A DNA stretch of 64,000 nucleotides from a virus. The translations under genes and the position numbers were made by a program. The stretch is taken from the IMG/VR virus record IMGVR_UViG_3300044641_002725, one strand, 5' to 3'. Under the pieces are notes generated by a model. The model was not told where the DNA came from. It did not search any database and saw only the letters and a program-made list of their open reading frames with translations. Within the stretch, counting starts at the first letter, position 1. The number at the start of each line of letters is the position of its first letter. This document shows positions 54,583 through 63,862 of this stretch, in pieces.

Positions 54583-55622
54583 TGGCAAATTTAGTAGACT
54601 TATACTTAGTGTATAGAATTTTGAGATTGTTTACTACTCCGTTCGCAGAGTGGGAAGCAAACAAAACTGGTGTTATTGATGACGAAGGAAACATTATTGT
54701 ACCTTCAGAAAAAAGAACAATAGCACAAGACGATTCATTCACTAAGTTCGACTTATTGATTCTAAAACTTAAACGAGTTTTGGAAAAATTGCCGTTTGGT
54801 AAAACTAAACTTGCGTCTTATGCGGCCGCCTTGTTCCTTCTCAAAGAAGAAAAGAATATTAAAGAAGAAACATTAGAAGAACAGTTCTTAGACTACTACA
54901 ACGGCAAGACATATTTGTCAGAAGGCATAGAAGAAGACATTGCAAACGTGACAGGTGGTATTGCAGGACTAGACGGTAACCCTCCAGCAAGCAAATCATT
55001 CTTACGTAGATTCGCAAAGAATGATGTGTTTGTTGTTGACACAGAACGTTTCAACAAAGCCCGTGTAGGTAAAAAGAAATATCTTAAATATGAAAAGTAT
55101 GTTGGCAATGATGAAGTAGGAAATGCAATTCGTAATTACGGCAGAAAATATCCTAAGAAACCAATCATTCTACAAGATGATAAAACAGGATCTATGATAT
55201 TTTTAAGACATGGTCGTAGTGGTATGTTCACAGAGCAATTCAAAAAAGAGCAATTGGTTGAAGAAGTATCCCAATCTCAATTAAAAGACTTAGAGAAATA
55301 TTTAGACCAATTGTTCAAAATATTAAATGTTGATGTGTCTTTCACTAAACATTTTTTAGATAGAGTTAACGATTCACGTAATGGTAAACCTATCACAGTA
55401 GATGAATTACAGTTGTTATTTAAAAAGACAATTCAAAAGTATGGCAAAAAGATTCCTGCATTAGGACCTGATGCTGAAGCGGTATTGAATGACATGAAGA
55501 CACAGATTAACTTACCATTCGTATTGAAATGGGATAGAGATTCTGAAGAGTTAGATTTGGTAGCAAAGACAGTTATGCGTAAGAAGAATTTTATGACGCA
55601 TAATCAAAAATTCACAGTATAA
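54582..55622 (+). CDS. Conserved T4-like protein with appended C-terminal RNase-like module
   Basis: DLYLVYRILRLFTTPF..YAAALFLLKEE N-domain; C-terminal FTKHFLDRVNDSRN..KTVMRK. Confidence 0.6.
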   Translation: MANLVDLYLVYRILRLFTTPFAEWEANKTGVIDDEGNIIVPSEKRTIAQDDSFTKFDLLILKLKRVLEKLPFGKTKLASYAAALFLLKEEKNIKEETLEEQFLDYYNGKTYLSEGIEEDIANVTGGIAGLDGNPPASKSFLRRFAKNDVFVVDTERFNKARVGKKKYLKYEKYVGNDEVGNAIRNYGRKYPKKPIILQDDKTGSMIFLRHGRSGMFTEQFKKEQLVEEVSQSQLKDLEKYLDQLFKILNVDVSFTKHFLDRVNDSRNGKPITVDELQLLFKKTIQKYGKKIPALGPDAEAVLNDMKTQINLPFVLKWDRDSEELDLVAKTVMRKKNFMTHNQKFTV

Positions 55623-55631
55623 GGAAACGAT

Positions 55632-55751
55632 ATGTTAGAAACAATTTTTTGGATTTTAGTTGGTGCGTTTGCAGGTTGGCACTTTCCTCAACCAGAGTGG
55701 GCTAAGGCTTTAGAAACTAAAGTACGTTCACTATTCGCATCTAAAGAGTAA
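55632..55751 (+). CDS. 39-aa membrane peptide MLETIFWILVGAFAGWHFPQPEWAK...
   Basis: SD AAGGA; single TM; not in ORF track. Confidence 0.6.
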   Translation: MLETIFWILVGAFAGWHFPQPEWAKALETKVRSLFASKE

Positions 55752-55756
55752 TTGTC

Positions 55757-56221
55757 ATGTGGCAGATTATGTGGTTACTGAGTTTGATGCCCGATTGGTT
55801 TTACCATCTGATTGTTATTGTTTCATTACTAGGGTTGATTGTTGCAACCGTATTTAAGTTCATACCATATAGATTGCCTATTCAAGTTTTTGGTGCATTG
55901 CTATTACTATTCGGTATTTGGATGGAAGGCGGCATTGTGAACGAAGCTAAGTGGGAAGCAAGGGTAAAAGAGTTAGAAGAGAAAGTTAAGATAGCAGAAG
56001 AAAAATCTACAGAGAAGAATGTCGAGATACAAGAGAAAGTCGTTACCCAAACTAAAGTAGTTAGAGAAAAGGGAAGAGACATTATACAATACATCGACAG
56101 AGAAGTGGTGAAGAAGGAAGAAGTGGTTAAGTTTATAGAGAATTGCCCAATACCCAAAGATATTATAGATGCTCACAATGCTGCCGCCACTTTAAATAAA
56201 GCGACAGAGGTGAAGAAATGA
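55757..56221 (+). CDS. Inner-membrane spanin (Rz-like)
   Basis: N-terminal TM segments, coiled coil, C-terminal CPIP..HNAA; followed by lipoprotein. Confidence 0.7.
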   Translation: MWQIMWLLSLMPDWFYHLIVIVSLLGLIVATVFKFIPYRLPIQVFGALLLLFGIWMEGGIVNEAKWEARVKELEEKVKIAEEKSTEKNVEIQEKVVTQTKVVREKGRDIIQYIDREVVKKEEVVKFIENCPIPKDIIDAHNAAATLNKATEVKK

Positions 56222-56484
56222 AAACGTTAGCATGTTTATTGCTTATATTATTAGCTGGGTGTACAACTGTCGTTCCAGTGACACAGAAGTTTCCAGCCGC
56301 AATTCCTGCATTAACTGAAAAGTGCGAAGACTTAAGAAAGATTGAAGGTAATAAAGTTGCTATTACTGACATGTTAAAAACAATCGTTGAAAACTATTCA
56401 TTATACTATCAATGTTCTGCTAAGGTAGACGGATGGAATGAGTGGTATCAACAACAGAAAAAAATATATGAGGCTGTTAAATGA
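56218..56484 (+). CDS. Outer-membrane spanin lipoprotein (Rz1-like)
   Basis: Lipobox LLAGC; Pro-rich start; NYSLYYQC..W..W. Confidence 0.75.
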   Translation: MKTLACLLLILLAGCTTVVPVTQKFPAAIPALTEKCEDLRKIEGNKVAITDMLKTIVENYSLYYQCSAKVDGWNEWYQQQKKIYEAVK

Positions 56485-56744
56485 AAAATATTATTATAGT
56501 GATTGCTGGACTTTTATTAGTCGGTTGTGCTTCTAAAGATTATGCGGCATATGTTGACGCACAAAAGTCTATGTCTAAAGACGCAACATTAACAGAGACT
56601 GCAAGACTGTCTGCATTAGCAGAAATGGCAAAGAGTAATGATCCATCTGTACGTGCTACGGGCATCATGCTATTGCAACAACTGCAACAAGGTAGTAAAC
56701 CTGTTGTCATTGAGCCTCCTAAGAAAAATTGGTTGGGACTATGA
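56481..56744 (+). CDS. Second lipoprotein
   Basis: Lipobox LLVGC. Confidence 0.7.
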   Translation: MKNIIIVIAGLLLVGCASKDYAAYVDAQKSMSKDATLTETARLSALAEMAKSNDPSVRATGIMLLQQLQQGSKPVVIEPPKKNWLGL

Positions 56745-57175
56745 TGGCGACAGATGCGGTAGAAATAAAAGTTGATGTGGAAGTACTTAAGAGTCAAGTA
56801 TTGACAATCACACAACTTTGTGGTAAAATGGACTCAGTTATCGAGAAACTGGTGGATAACCACGACCGTATGGTCAATCAAATATATACCGACATGGAAA
56901 AAAGAAAAGCAGACACTAACGCTGATATCAAAGAATTACATTCTAGAATTACCACTATCAGCAGAGAAGTTGCAGATAAGGTTGAATTGACAGAGCGTAG
57001 GATTATGGACGAGATTAAATCTCTCCGTGAAGATATCGCAGAACACAATAAAAAAGAAGATGATGACTTGAGAAAAATTCTTCAGTGGAAGTGGATGGTA
57101 GCTGGTGGTGTAGTTGTCCTTGCTTGGGTAATCTCCAACGTAAACTTAGCCGCACTATCAAAAGTATTTAATTAA
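56741..57175 (+). CDS. Coiled-coil protein with C-terminal TM helix
   Basis: Heptad-rich body; WKWMVAGGVVVLAWVI. Confidence 0.65.
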   Translation: MMATDAVEIKVDVEVLKSQVLTITQLCGKMDSVIEKLVDNHDRMVNQIYTDMEKRKADTNADIKELHSRITTISREVADKVELTERRIMDEIKSLREDIAEHNKKEDDDLRKILQWKWMVAGGVVVLAWVISNVNLAALSKVFN

Positions 57176-57204
57176 TTGACTTCCAGTTGAATGTACGCTA
57201 TAAT
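57176..57204 (+). promoter_or_regulatory. Sigma70-type promoter for primase
   Basis: TTGACT-17 nt-TATAAT; -10 is looped out by GAATGTAC...GTACATTC. Confidence 0.75.
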
Positions 57205-57241
57205 GTACATTCGATAGACTTTTTGTATATAATGAGAAAAT

Positions 57242-58264
57242 ATGAGTATTTGGATTGACCAAAAGTACATTGGTACACTCTCGGTTCGCTTGGACAAATT
57301 TGTTCGCAAAGGCGACTACACCTATAACTTCAGATGCCCTATCTGTGGTGATTCACAAACAAATCGGAACAAAGCACGTGGATACATCTTTGCACAAAAA
57401 GGTGGACTCTTCTACAAGTGCCACAATTGTGCCGTCAGCATTTCGCTGGGCAGTCTAATCAAAGCAGTTGACCCAAACCTTTACAAAGAGTATTGCTTAG
57501 AGCGATACAAAGAAGGTGAGACTGGGCGCAAAGCACACAAAGACCACGGATTCGTTTTTAAGCCTGTTGTATTTGGCAGTAACAAAACAGACAATCTAAA
57601 AGGCGTTTTGACTTCACTCTCTAAACTCAGCGATACACATGAAGCTATCGTATACGCACGTTCTAGAAAGATTCCAGAAGCTAAATTAAAGACACTCTAC
57701 TACGTTGACAATGTTCAGAAGTTGAAAGTCTTTTCTCCTGAGTATGAAGACAAGATTGTAACTGAAGAACCTAGAATTGTATTGCCGTTCTATGACAAAG
57801 ATGGCGAGTTGGTTGGCTTAACTGCACGTGGTATTCGTGGTGAGAAGTTACGATATATCGTGATGAAAATAAAAGATGATTCGCCCATGATTTTCAACAT
57901 GAACGACATAGATATAACACAGACTATTTTTGTGACTGAAGGTCCGATTGATAGTCTATTCTTGCCTAATGCAGTTGCAGTTGGTAATGCAAATCTGAAG
58001 TATGTACTTAATCACTTACCGAAAGATAAGTTGGTGTTGATCTACGACAATGAACCACGCAATAAAGAAATTGTAAGAGAGATTGGTGATGCAATTAATG
58101 CTGATGCAAATGTTGTGATCTGGCCTAAATCATTTAAAGAAAAAGATATAAATGATATGATACTAGCTGGAAAAGCACAGGCCGAAATCTTGAATACTAT
58201 AAATAAATTCACCTTTCGTGGTCCTAAAGCACTACTTGAATTCAACATATGGAAGATGAGATGA
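57242..58264 (+). CDS. gp61: DNA primase
   Basis: NFRCPICGDS..KCHNC zinc finger, EGPIDSLF, YDNEPRN, KDINDM TOPRIM. Confidence 0.97.
   Translation: MSIWIDQKYIGTLSVRLDKFVRKGDYTYNFRCPICGDSQTNRNKARGYIFAQKGGLFYKCHNCAVSISLGSLIKAVDPNLYKEYCLERYKEGETGRKAHKDHGFVFKPVVFGSNKTDNLKGVLTSLSKLSDTHEAIVYARSRKIPEAKLKTLYYVDNVQKLKVFSPEYEDKIVTEEPRIVLPFYDKDGELVGLTARGIRGEKLRYIVMKIKDDSPMIFNMNDIDITQTIFVTEGPIDSLFLPNAVAVGNANLKYVLNHLPKDKLVLIYDNEPRNKEIVREIGDAINADANVVIWPKSFKEKDINDMILAGKAQAEILNTINKFTFRGPKALLEFNIWKMR
58198..58205 (+). promoter_or_regulatory. Possible late promoter TATAAATA inside primase 3' end
   Basis: Exact motif ~55 nt upstream of thyX. Confidence 0.5.
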
Positions 58265-58968
58265 ACGTAAAATTAATAAGTTATTCACAACAAGCGATTG
58301 ATGCAGACAAACAAGATGAATTCGAATTCGATTTACCCAACTTACAAGACCTTGTATCATACTGTGCAAGAGTATCTAATCCCGCCAATCAAGCTAATAG
58401 CGAGACTTCAGAGAAACTAATTAAGTATCTGATTAAGCATAAGCATTGGAGTCCACTTGAAATGGTCTCCGCATGTATTGAAGTTGAGACAACAAGAGAT
58501 ATCGCAAGACAACTCTTAAGGCATAGAAGTTTTTCGTTTCAAGAATTCAGTCAACGTTATGCTGATCCAACAGCCGAACTTGATGATGCATTTGTTTTAC
58601 GTGAAGCAAGATTGCAAGACACAAAGAATCGTCAGAATTCTGTAGAACTTGATATGTCTGATGAAAAACAAAGACTGTTAGCATACGATTGGGAACGGGC
58701 TCAAAAGCGAGTATTGTATGCAGTTAAAAAAGAATATGAATGGGCCATCAAGAATGGCATTGCAAAAGAACAAGCAAGAGCAGTATTGCCAGAAGGACTT
58801 ACTGTATCAAGATTGTATGTAAATGGTACACTTAGATCATGGATTCACTATATTGATTTGAGAGATGGTAATGGAACACAAAAAGAACACGCAGAAATTG
58901 CAAGAGCATGTGCAGAAGTAATTGCAAAAGTATTTCCAATAATTAAAAGTATACGAGAAGGAACTTGA
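58261..58968 (+). CDS. thyX: Flavin-dependent thymidylate synthase
   Basis: HWSPLE, RQLLRHRSFSFQEFSQRY, EQARAVLP, TQKEH. Confidence 0.97.
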   Translation: MNVKLISYSQQAIDADKQDEFEFDLPNLQDLVSYCARVSNPANQANSETSEKLIKYLIKHKHWSPLEMVSACIEVETTRDIARQLLRHRSFSFQEFSQRYADPTAELDDAFVLREARLQDTKNRQNSVELDMSDEKQRLLAYDWERAQKRVLYAVKKEYEWAIKNGIAKEQARAVLPEGLTVSRLYVNGTLRSWIHYIDLRDGNGTQKEHAEIARACAEVIAKVFPIIKSIREGT

Positions 58969-60750
58969 ATGACAACTGATATTGTAATCGACTATAGTAG
59001 AGATTCGCTATTCGATGAGTTGGGTATTAAAAGATTGAAAGAAAGTTATATGAGAGAAGATGAAACTTCTCCACAAGAAAGGTTTGCTTATGTCTCAGAA
59101 GCGTTTGGTAGCAATCCAGAACACGCACAGCGATTATACGAATACAGCAGTAGGCATTGGTTGTCTTATTCTACTCCCATTCTTTCTTTTGGTCGCAGTA
59201 GTCGTGGGCTCCCTATTTCGTGTTTTCTTCCATATCTACACGATAGTGCAGAGGGTCTTGTTAACTGTCTTGCAGAAGTAAATTGGCTCAGTATGTTGGG
59301 CGGAGGAGTTGGAATTGGAATTGGAATACGTAGTTCAGATGACAAGAGCGTTGGGGTTATGCCTCATCTTAGGACTTATGACGCTAGTAGTTTGGCATAC
59401 AGACAAGGGCGGACAAGGCGGGGGTCTTATGCTACTTATCTTGATATATCTCATCCCGATATTCTTTTATTTTTAGAAATGAGAAAGCCTACGGGCGATC
59501 CAAATCTGCGAACACTTAATTTACATCACGGCATCAACATTCCAGATTCATTCATGCAAATTATTGAACGATGTATGCTAGATAAAGACGCAGATGATTC
59601 TTGGGAATTAAAAGATCCACATAGCAATGAAGTGCGTGAAGTAGTTTCAGCAAAAGATTTGTGGCAACGTATACTTGACATTCGTATGCAGACTGGTGAA
59701 CCATATCTACACTTCATTGACGCAAGCAATCGTGCTATGCCACAGTTTCAAAAAGACTTAGGGCTAAGTATCAAGCAGAGCAATCTTTGTTCTGAAATTA
59801 TTTTACCTACAGATAAAGATAGAACAGCAGTATGTTGTTTGTCTTCAGTTAACTTGGAGTATTATGATGAATGGAAAAATAATCCTTTATTTCTTGCTGA
59901 TATTGCTGAAATGCTTGACAATGTTCTTCAGTATTTTATTGATAATGCTCCTGCCGCCGTTGAACGTGCAAGGTTCTCTGCCATACGTGAGCGCAGTATT
60001 GGTATCGGTGCTTTGGGCTTTCATGCTTATCTACAACGAAATAACGTGCCGTTTGAATCCGCACTCGCAGTCGGAAGAAACAAACAAATCTTCAAACACA
60101 TCAGGGATGAATTAAATGTGGCGAATCTTAAATTGGGTAAAGAGCGAGGTGAGGCTCTTGATGCTGTTGGCACTGGTCAACGTTTTAGCCATCTTATGGC
60201 TGTTGCTCCAAATGCTTCTTCGTCTATCATCATGGGAAATACTAGCCCTAGTATCGAACCTTATCGTGCTAATGCTTATCGTCAGGACACTCTATCGGGC
60301 TCATCTCTAGCCAAAAACAAATGGCTTGACAGAATCATCAAAAGTGTAGTAAAATCAGATGATGAATATCAGACAGTTTGGTCTAGCATTATCGCAAATG
60401 ATGGTAGTGTACAGCACTTAGATATTCTTGATGATTGGACTAAAGATGTATTCAAGACTTCTATGGAGATTGACCAGCGTTGGCTAGTGAATCATGCCGC
60501 AGATAGACAAGAGTATATCGACCAAGCACAATCATTGAATTTGTTTTTCAGGCCTGATGTGAACATCATGTATCTACATGCAGTACACTTTCAAGCATGG
60601 AAGCAAGGTCTCAAAACATTGTACTACTGCCGTTCAGAAAAGATTGGTAAAGCAGACAAAGTTTCAAAACGTATTGAACGTGAAGTAATTAAAGAACTCG
60701 ACATGAAAGCACTCATTGATGGTGATGCATGTCTCGCATGTGAAGGATAA
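58969..60750 (+). CDS. nrdA: Ribonucleotide reductase class I alpha subunit (compact, no ATP cone evident)
   Basis: PISCF, SNLCSEI, VCCLSS, APNASSS, KTLYY, CLACEG. Confidence 0.96.
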   Translation: MTTDIVIDYSRDSLFDELGIKRLKESYMREDETSPQERFAYVSEAFGSNPEHAQRLYEYSSRHWLSYSTPILSFGRSSRGLPISCFLPYLHDSAEGLVNCLAEVNWLSMLGGGVGIGIGIRSSDDKSVGVMPHLRTYDASSLAYRQGRTRRGSYATYLDISHPDILLFLEMRKPTGDPNLRTLNLHHGINIPDSFMQIIERCMLDKDADDSWELKDPHSNEVREVVSAKDLWQRILDIRMQTGEPYLHFIDASNRAMPQFQKDLGLSIKQSNLCSEIILPTDKDRTAVCCLSSVNLEYYDEWKNNPLFLADIAEMLDNVLQYFIDNAPAAVERARFSAIRERSIGIGALGFHAYLQRNNVPFESALAVGRNKQIFKHIRDELNVANLKLGKERGEALDAVGTGQRFSHLMAVAPNASSSIIMGNTSPSIEPYRANAYRQDTLSGSSLAKNKWLDRIIKSVVKSDDEYQTVWSSIIANDGSVQHLDILDDWTKDVFKTSMEIDQRWLVNHAADRQEYIDQAQSLNLFFRPDVNIMYLHAVHFQAWKQGLKTLYYCRSEKIGKADKVSKRIEREVIKELDMKALIDGDACLACEG

Positions 60751-60754
60751 AAAA

Positions 60755-60997
60755 ATGAAAGTACTTAGATTTACAGCATCATGGTGTCAGCCATGTAAGA
60801 TGTTAGCAAAAACATTAGAAGACGTTGAGACTCAAATTCCAATTGAAGTTATTGATATCGATGAGAATCAAGGCCTTGCAATGGACTATGGCATTCGTGG
60901 TGTTCCAACTTTAGTAATGTTAGATGGTGACATTGAAGTTAAACGAGTTTCTGGTATGCTGATGAAAAATCAATTAGCTGAATGGTTGGGTGCTTAA
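60755..60997 (+). CDS. trx: Thioredoxin
   Basis: WCQPC, IRGVPT. Confidence 0.92.
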   Translation: MKVLRFTASWCQPCKMLAKTLEDVETQIPIEVIDIDENQGLAMDYGIRGVPTLVMLDGDIEVKRVSGMLMKNQLAEWLGA

Positions 60998-61300
60998 ATG
61001 GAATGGAATTTTGGCGTAATAGAAGTAATTTTTCTTGTCAGTTGTATCATTATCTTCATTCAGAATAGAATGAAAAGATCAGAAACTGAAATTGATAGAA
61101 TACTGAGAGAAGCTGAACAAGTTAAACACACACATGCTGAAGTTATTTATATAAGAAGTGAGATTCACGATGATGAGATTTTTATTTGGGATGTTGCTGA
61201 TAATACTTTTCTTTCGCAGGGAAAAACTTTTGAAGATGCGATGACAAAATTTATGAAAAACAATCCTAATAAACAACTAAAAATTAAGGTAGTAGAATGA
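60998..61300 (+). CDS. Hypothetical protein with N-terminal TM
   Basis: Hydrophobic N-terminus; FLSQGKT motif. Confidence 0.6.
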   Translation: MEWNFGVIEVIFLVSCIIIFIQNRMKRSETEIDRILREAEQVKHTHAEVIYIRSEIHDDEIFIWDVADNTFLSQGKTFEDAMTKFMKNNPNKQLKIKVVE

Positions 61301-62292
61301 GTGTAACAAAAATAAAAAGTAATTTGATGGACAGCAGAGATGCATTCAAGCCATTTAATTATCCGTGGGCATATGATGCATGGTTAAAACACGAACAGAG
61401 TCATTGGCTACATACAGAAGTGCCAATGGCTGAAGACGTAAAAGATTGGAAGAAAAAGTTAACAACAGAAGAGAAACATTTTCTCACAAACATCTTTCGA
61501 TTCTTTACTCAAGGTGACATTGACGTTGCTGGTGGTTATGTAAAAAACTATCTACCATACTTCAAACAACCAGAAGTACGTATGATGTTGCTTGGCTTTG
61601 CCGCTAGAGAAGCATTACACGTGGCTGCCTATTCACACTTGATTGAAACATTGGGTCTGCCAGACACAACATATAACGAATTCTTAGCATATCAAGAAAT
61701 GAAAGACAAGCACGATTATGTGCTAGACATTTCAGATAAGAATGGTGACTTGCAATCTACTGCTACACACATTGCAGTATTCTCAGCATTCACAGAAGGT
61801 ATGCAGTTGTTCTCTTCATTCATTATGCTTTTGAACTTTCCACGCACGGGTAAGATGAAAGGCATGGGACAAATTGTTACTTGGTCTATCGTAGATGAGA
61901 CACAGCATTGTGAGTCTATGATTAAACTCTTTAGAACATTCATTCAAGAGAATAACGAAATTTGGAATGATGAACTAAAATCTAAGATATATACTATTGC
62001 AGAACGAATGGTAGAACTTGAAGATAAGTTTATCGACTTAGCTTTTGGCATTAGCGAAATGGAAGGCCTTACTGCTGAAGAAGTTAAGAAATACATTAGA
62101 TACATTGCAGACAGACGCTTAATTAGTCTTGGTCTGAAAGGTATCTTTAAAGTTAAACGAAATCCACTACCATGGGTTGAAGAAATGATTAATGCGCCAA
62201 CGCATACCAATTTCTTTGAGAACCGTGCTACAGATTACGCAAAAGGTGCTACAAAAGGTGATTGGGCTGACGTTTGGGGCAAAGCCGCATGA
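61297..62292 (+). CDS. nrdB: Ribonucleotide reductase beta subunit
   Basis: FFTQGD, EALHVAAY, EGMQLFSSF, DETQH, NFFE. Confidence 0.97.
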   Translation: MSVTKIKSNLMDSRDAFKPFNYPWAYDAWLKHEQSHWLHTEVPMAEDVKDWKKKLTTEEKHFLTNIFRFFTQGDIDVAGGYVKNYLPYFKQPEVRMMLLGFAAREALHVAAYSHLIETLGLPDTTYNEFLAYQEMKDKHDYVLDISDKNGDLQSTATHIAVFSAFTEGMQLFSSFIMLLNFPRTGKMKGMGQIVTWSIVDETQHCESMIKLFRTFIQENNEIWNDELKSKIYTIAERMVELEDKFIDLAFGISEMEGLTAEEVKKYIRYIADRRLISLGLKGIFKVKRNPLPWVEEMINAPTHTNFFENRATDYAKGATKGDWADVWGKAA

Positions 62293-62336
62293 TAAATAGA
62301 ACATGCAATATCAAAAACCCCTATTAGGAGAAAAAA

Positions 62337-62750
62337 ATGGCAACTGTAACAAAATATCATCTAACGATTACTCAGACAAGACCAGATACCGATACCCTTT
62401 GGTATAACAGAGAAAGTAATGATGAATGGAATCGTTCGTGGAAAGCATTTAATTACTATGATGTAGAAACAAGAATAGATCAAGGTTTGCTTGAAGATCA
62501 AGAACCATACACAACAATGATTGCACATGCAAAAATTATTGGAGTACAACCTGAAATGATCTCGGATGATATGTTGACAAAAACACGTAAATACACTAAT
62601 ATATCTAAAGATGTGTGCGATGAATTCATTGCTTTGTTGAACGATGATGAATCGGATCTTTCTGGCGAAAGAAGATACAATGAGGGACATGGAATTACAT
62701 ATGAACTTGCTACTGAAGAAGAAGTACAGGAGATTGAAGCAACACCATGA
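62337..62750 (+). CDS. Acidic hypothetical protein
   Basis: SD TAGGAG; GATAAATA variant late promoter at 62291. Confidence 0.6.
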   Translation: MATVTKYHLTITQTRPDTDTLWYNRESNDEWNRSWKAFNYYDVETRIDQGLLEDQEPYTTMIAHAKIIGVQPEMISDDMLTKTRKYTNISKDVCDEFIALLNDDESDLSGERRYNEGHGITYELATEEEVQEIEATP

Positions 62751-63217
62751 AACGATTAACACATATATTTTTTGCCCTCGCATTGATTATTGCAGGATTT
62801 ACATTTTCTGCATTGAACGCAAATGCACAAACTGGAAAACAAAAACCAGGAGTTGTCTATGACGCTAATATTACTAGGGTTATTGATGGGGATACTGTTG
62901 CGTTTGAAGCGGCTTGGTTACCAGACCCACTCAAAAAAGAACTAAGCATTCGTGTTTTTGGTGTTGACACACCAGAAAAAGGACACAGAGCGCAATGCCC
63001 AAGTGAAGCACAGCGTGGTGAAGCGGCTAGTAAATTTACAAAAGATATGATTGCCGCAAGTCAAAAGCGTCAAGTTGTTCTAATGGACTGGGACAAATAT
63101 GGCGGTCGTGTTCTTGGTGACGTTATTCTAAACGGACAAAGTTTACGTGGTATGTTAATTGCTAAAGGTTACGCTAGAGAGTACTACGGCGAGGCTAAAA
63201 CATCTTGGTGTAATTGA
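62747..63217 (+). CDS. Staphylococcal nuclease (SNase)-like protein with signal peptide
   Basis: RVIDGDT, IRVFGVDTPE, DKYGGRVLG, GYAREY; N-terminal signal ending ANA. Confidence 0.9.
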   Translation: MKRLTHIFFALALIIAGFTFSALNANAQTGKQKPGVVYDANITRVIDGDTVAFEAAWLPDPLKKELSIRVFGVDTPEKGHRAQCPSEAQRGEAASKFTKDMIAASQKRQVVLMDWDKYGGRVLGDVILNGQSLRGMLIAKGYAREYYGEAKTSWCN

Positions 63218-63853
63218 ATGAGTTTTTTAATAGCTAACTTACCTCCTGTTCATTGTTTCGTCAGAAAAGAATTTCTATACGATTTCAAAGAAGGTCACGG
63301 TGAATATGTGCCCTGTATTTGGGTCAGCATCAAATCAATTCGTGGTCAAGCATTTCGTATTGAATCATATCTTCCTGAATATGGCGCACTCTACGACAAA
63401 CTACCACTGAGCGCATACGTAAGTAGGGATCATAATTTAGAACCAGAGAAATTTGTCCCTCTAGATTATCTACAAATTTGGGACTGTCTTGGTTATAACA
63501 TGGCAGTTGTTCAAAAAGTTTTTCTTAAGAATCTAACAGGAAAATTTTACGCAAAAGATAAAAACTGGTATCAAGGCAATTACATGTTCACAGTTGACCA
63601 TGCCGCACCAGATCACAACATGATTGACTTAACTTATTCTGAGTGGCCAGAAGACCACAAGTCTTATAATTTTATTGAACTAGATAATGGACAGTATGCG
63701 GCACAACCAAACAATCGTTGTTTATTCTTTGATGCCGCAAGCAATCCTAAAGAAATGAAGTTTCCAGATTTTAAAGTTGCAACAAGAAAGTTTGTTGTAG
63801 AACACAATCCAAAATGGGCTTTAGGAGATACAGATACAGTAATGTACGAATAA
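63218..63853 (+). CDS. Conserved hypothetical phage protein
   Basis: ANLPP..VRKEFLYD..GALYDKLP..QIWDC..HKS..LDNGQYAAQPNNR. Confidence 0.7.
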   Translation: MSFLIANLPPVHCFVRKEFLYDFKEGHGEYVPCIWVSIKSIRGQAFRIESYLPEYGALYDKLPLSAYVSRDHNLEPEKFVPLDYLQIWDCLGYNMAVVQKVFLKNLTGKFYAKDKNWYQGNYMFTVDHAAPDHNMIDLTYSEWPEDHKSYNFIELDNGQYAAQPNNRCLFFDAASNPKEMKFPDFKVATRKFVVEHNPKWALGDTDTVMYE

Positions 63854-63862
63854 GGAGATAAA

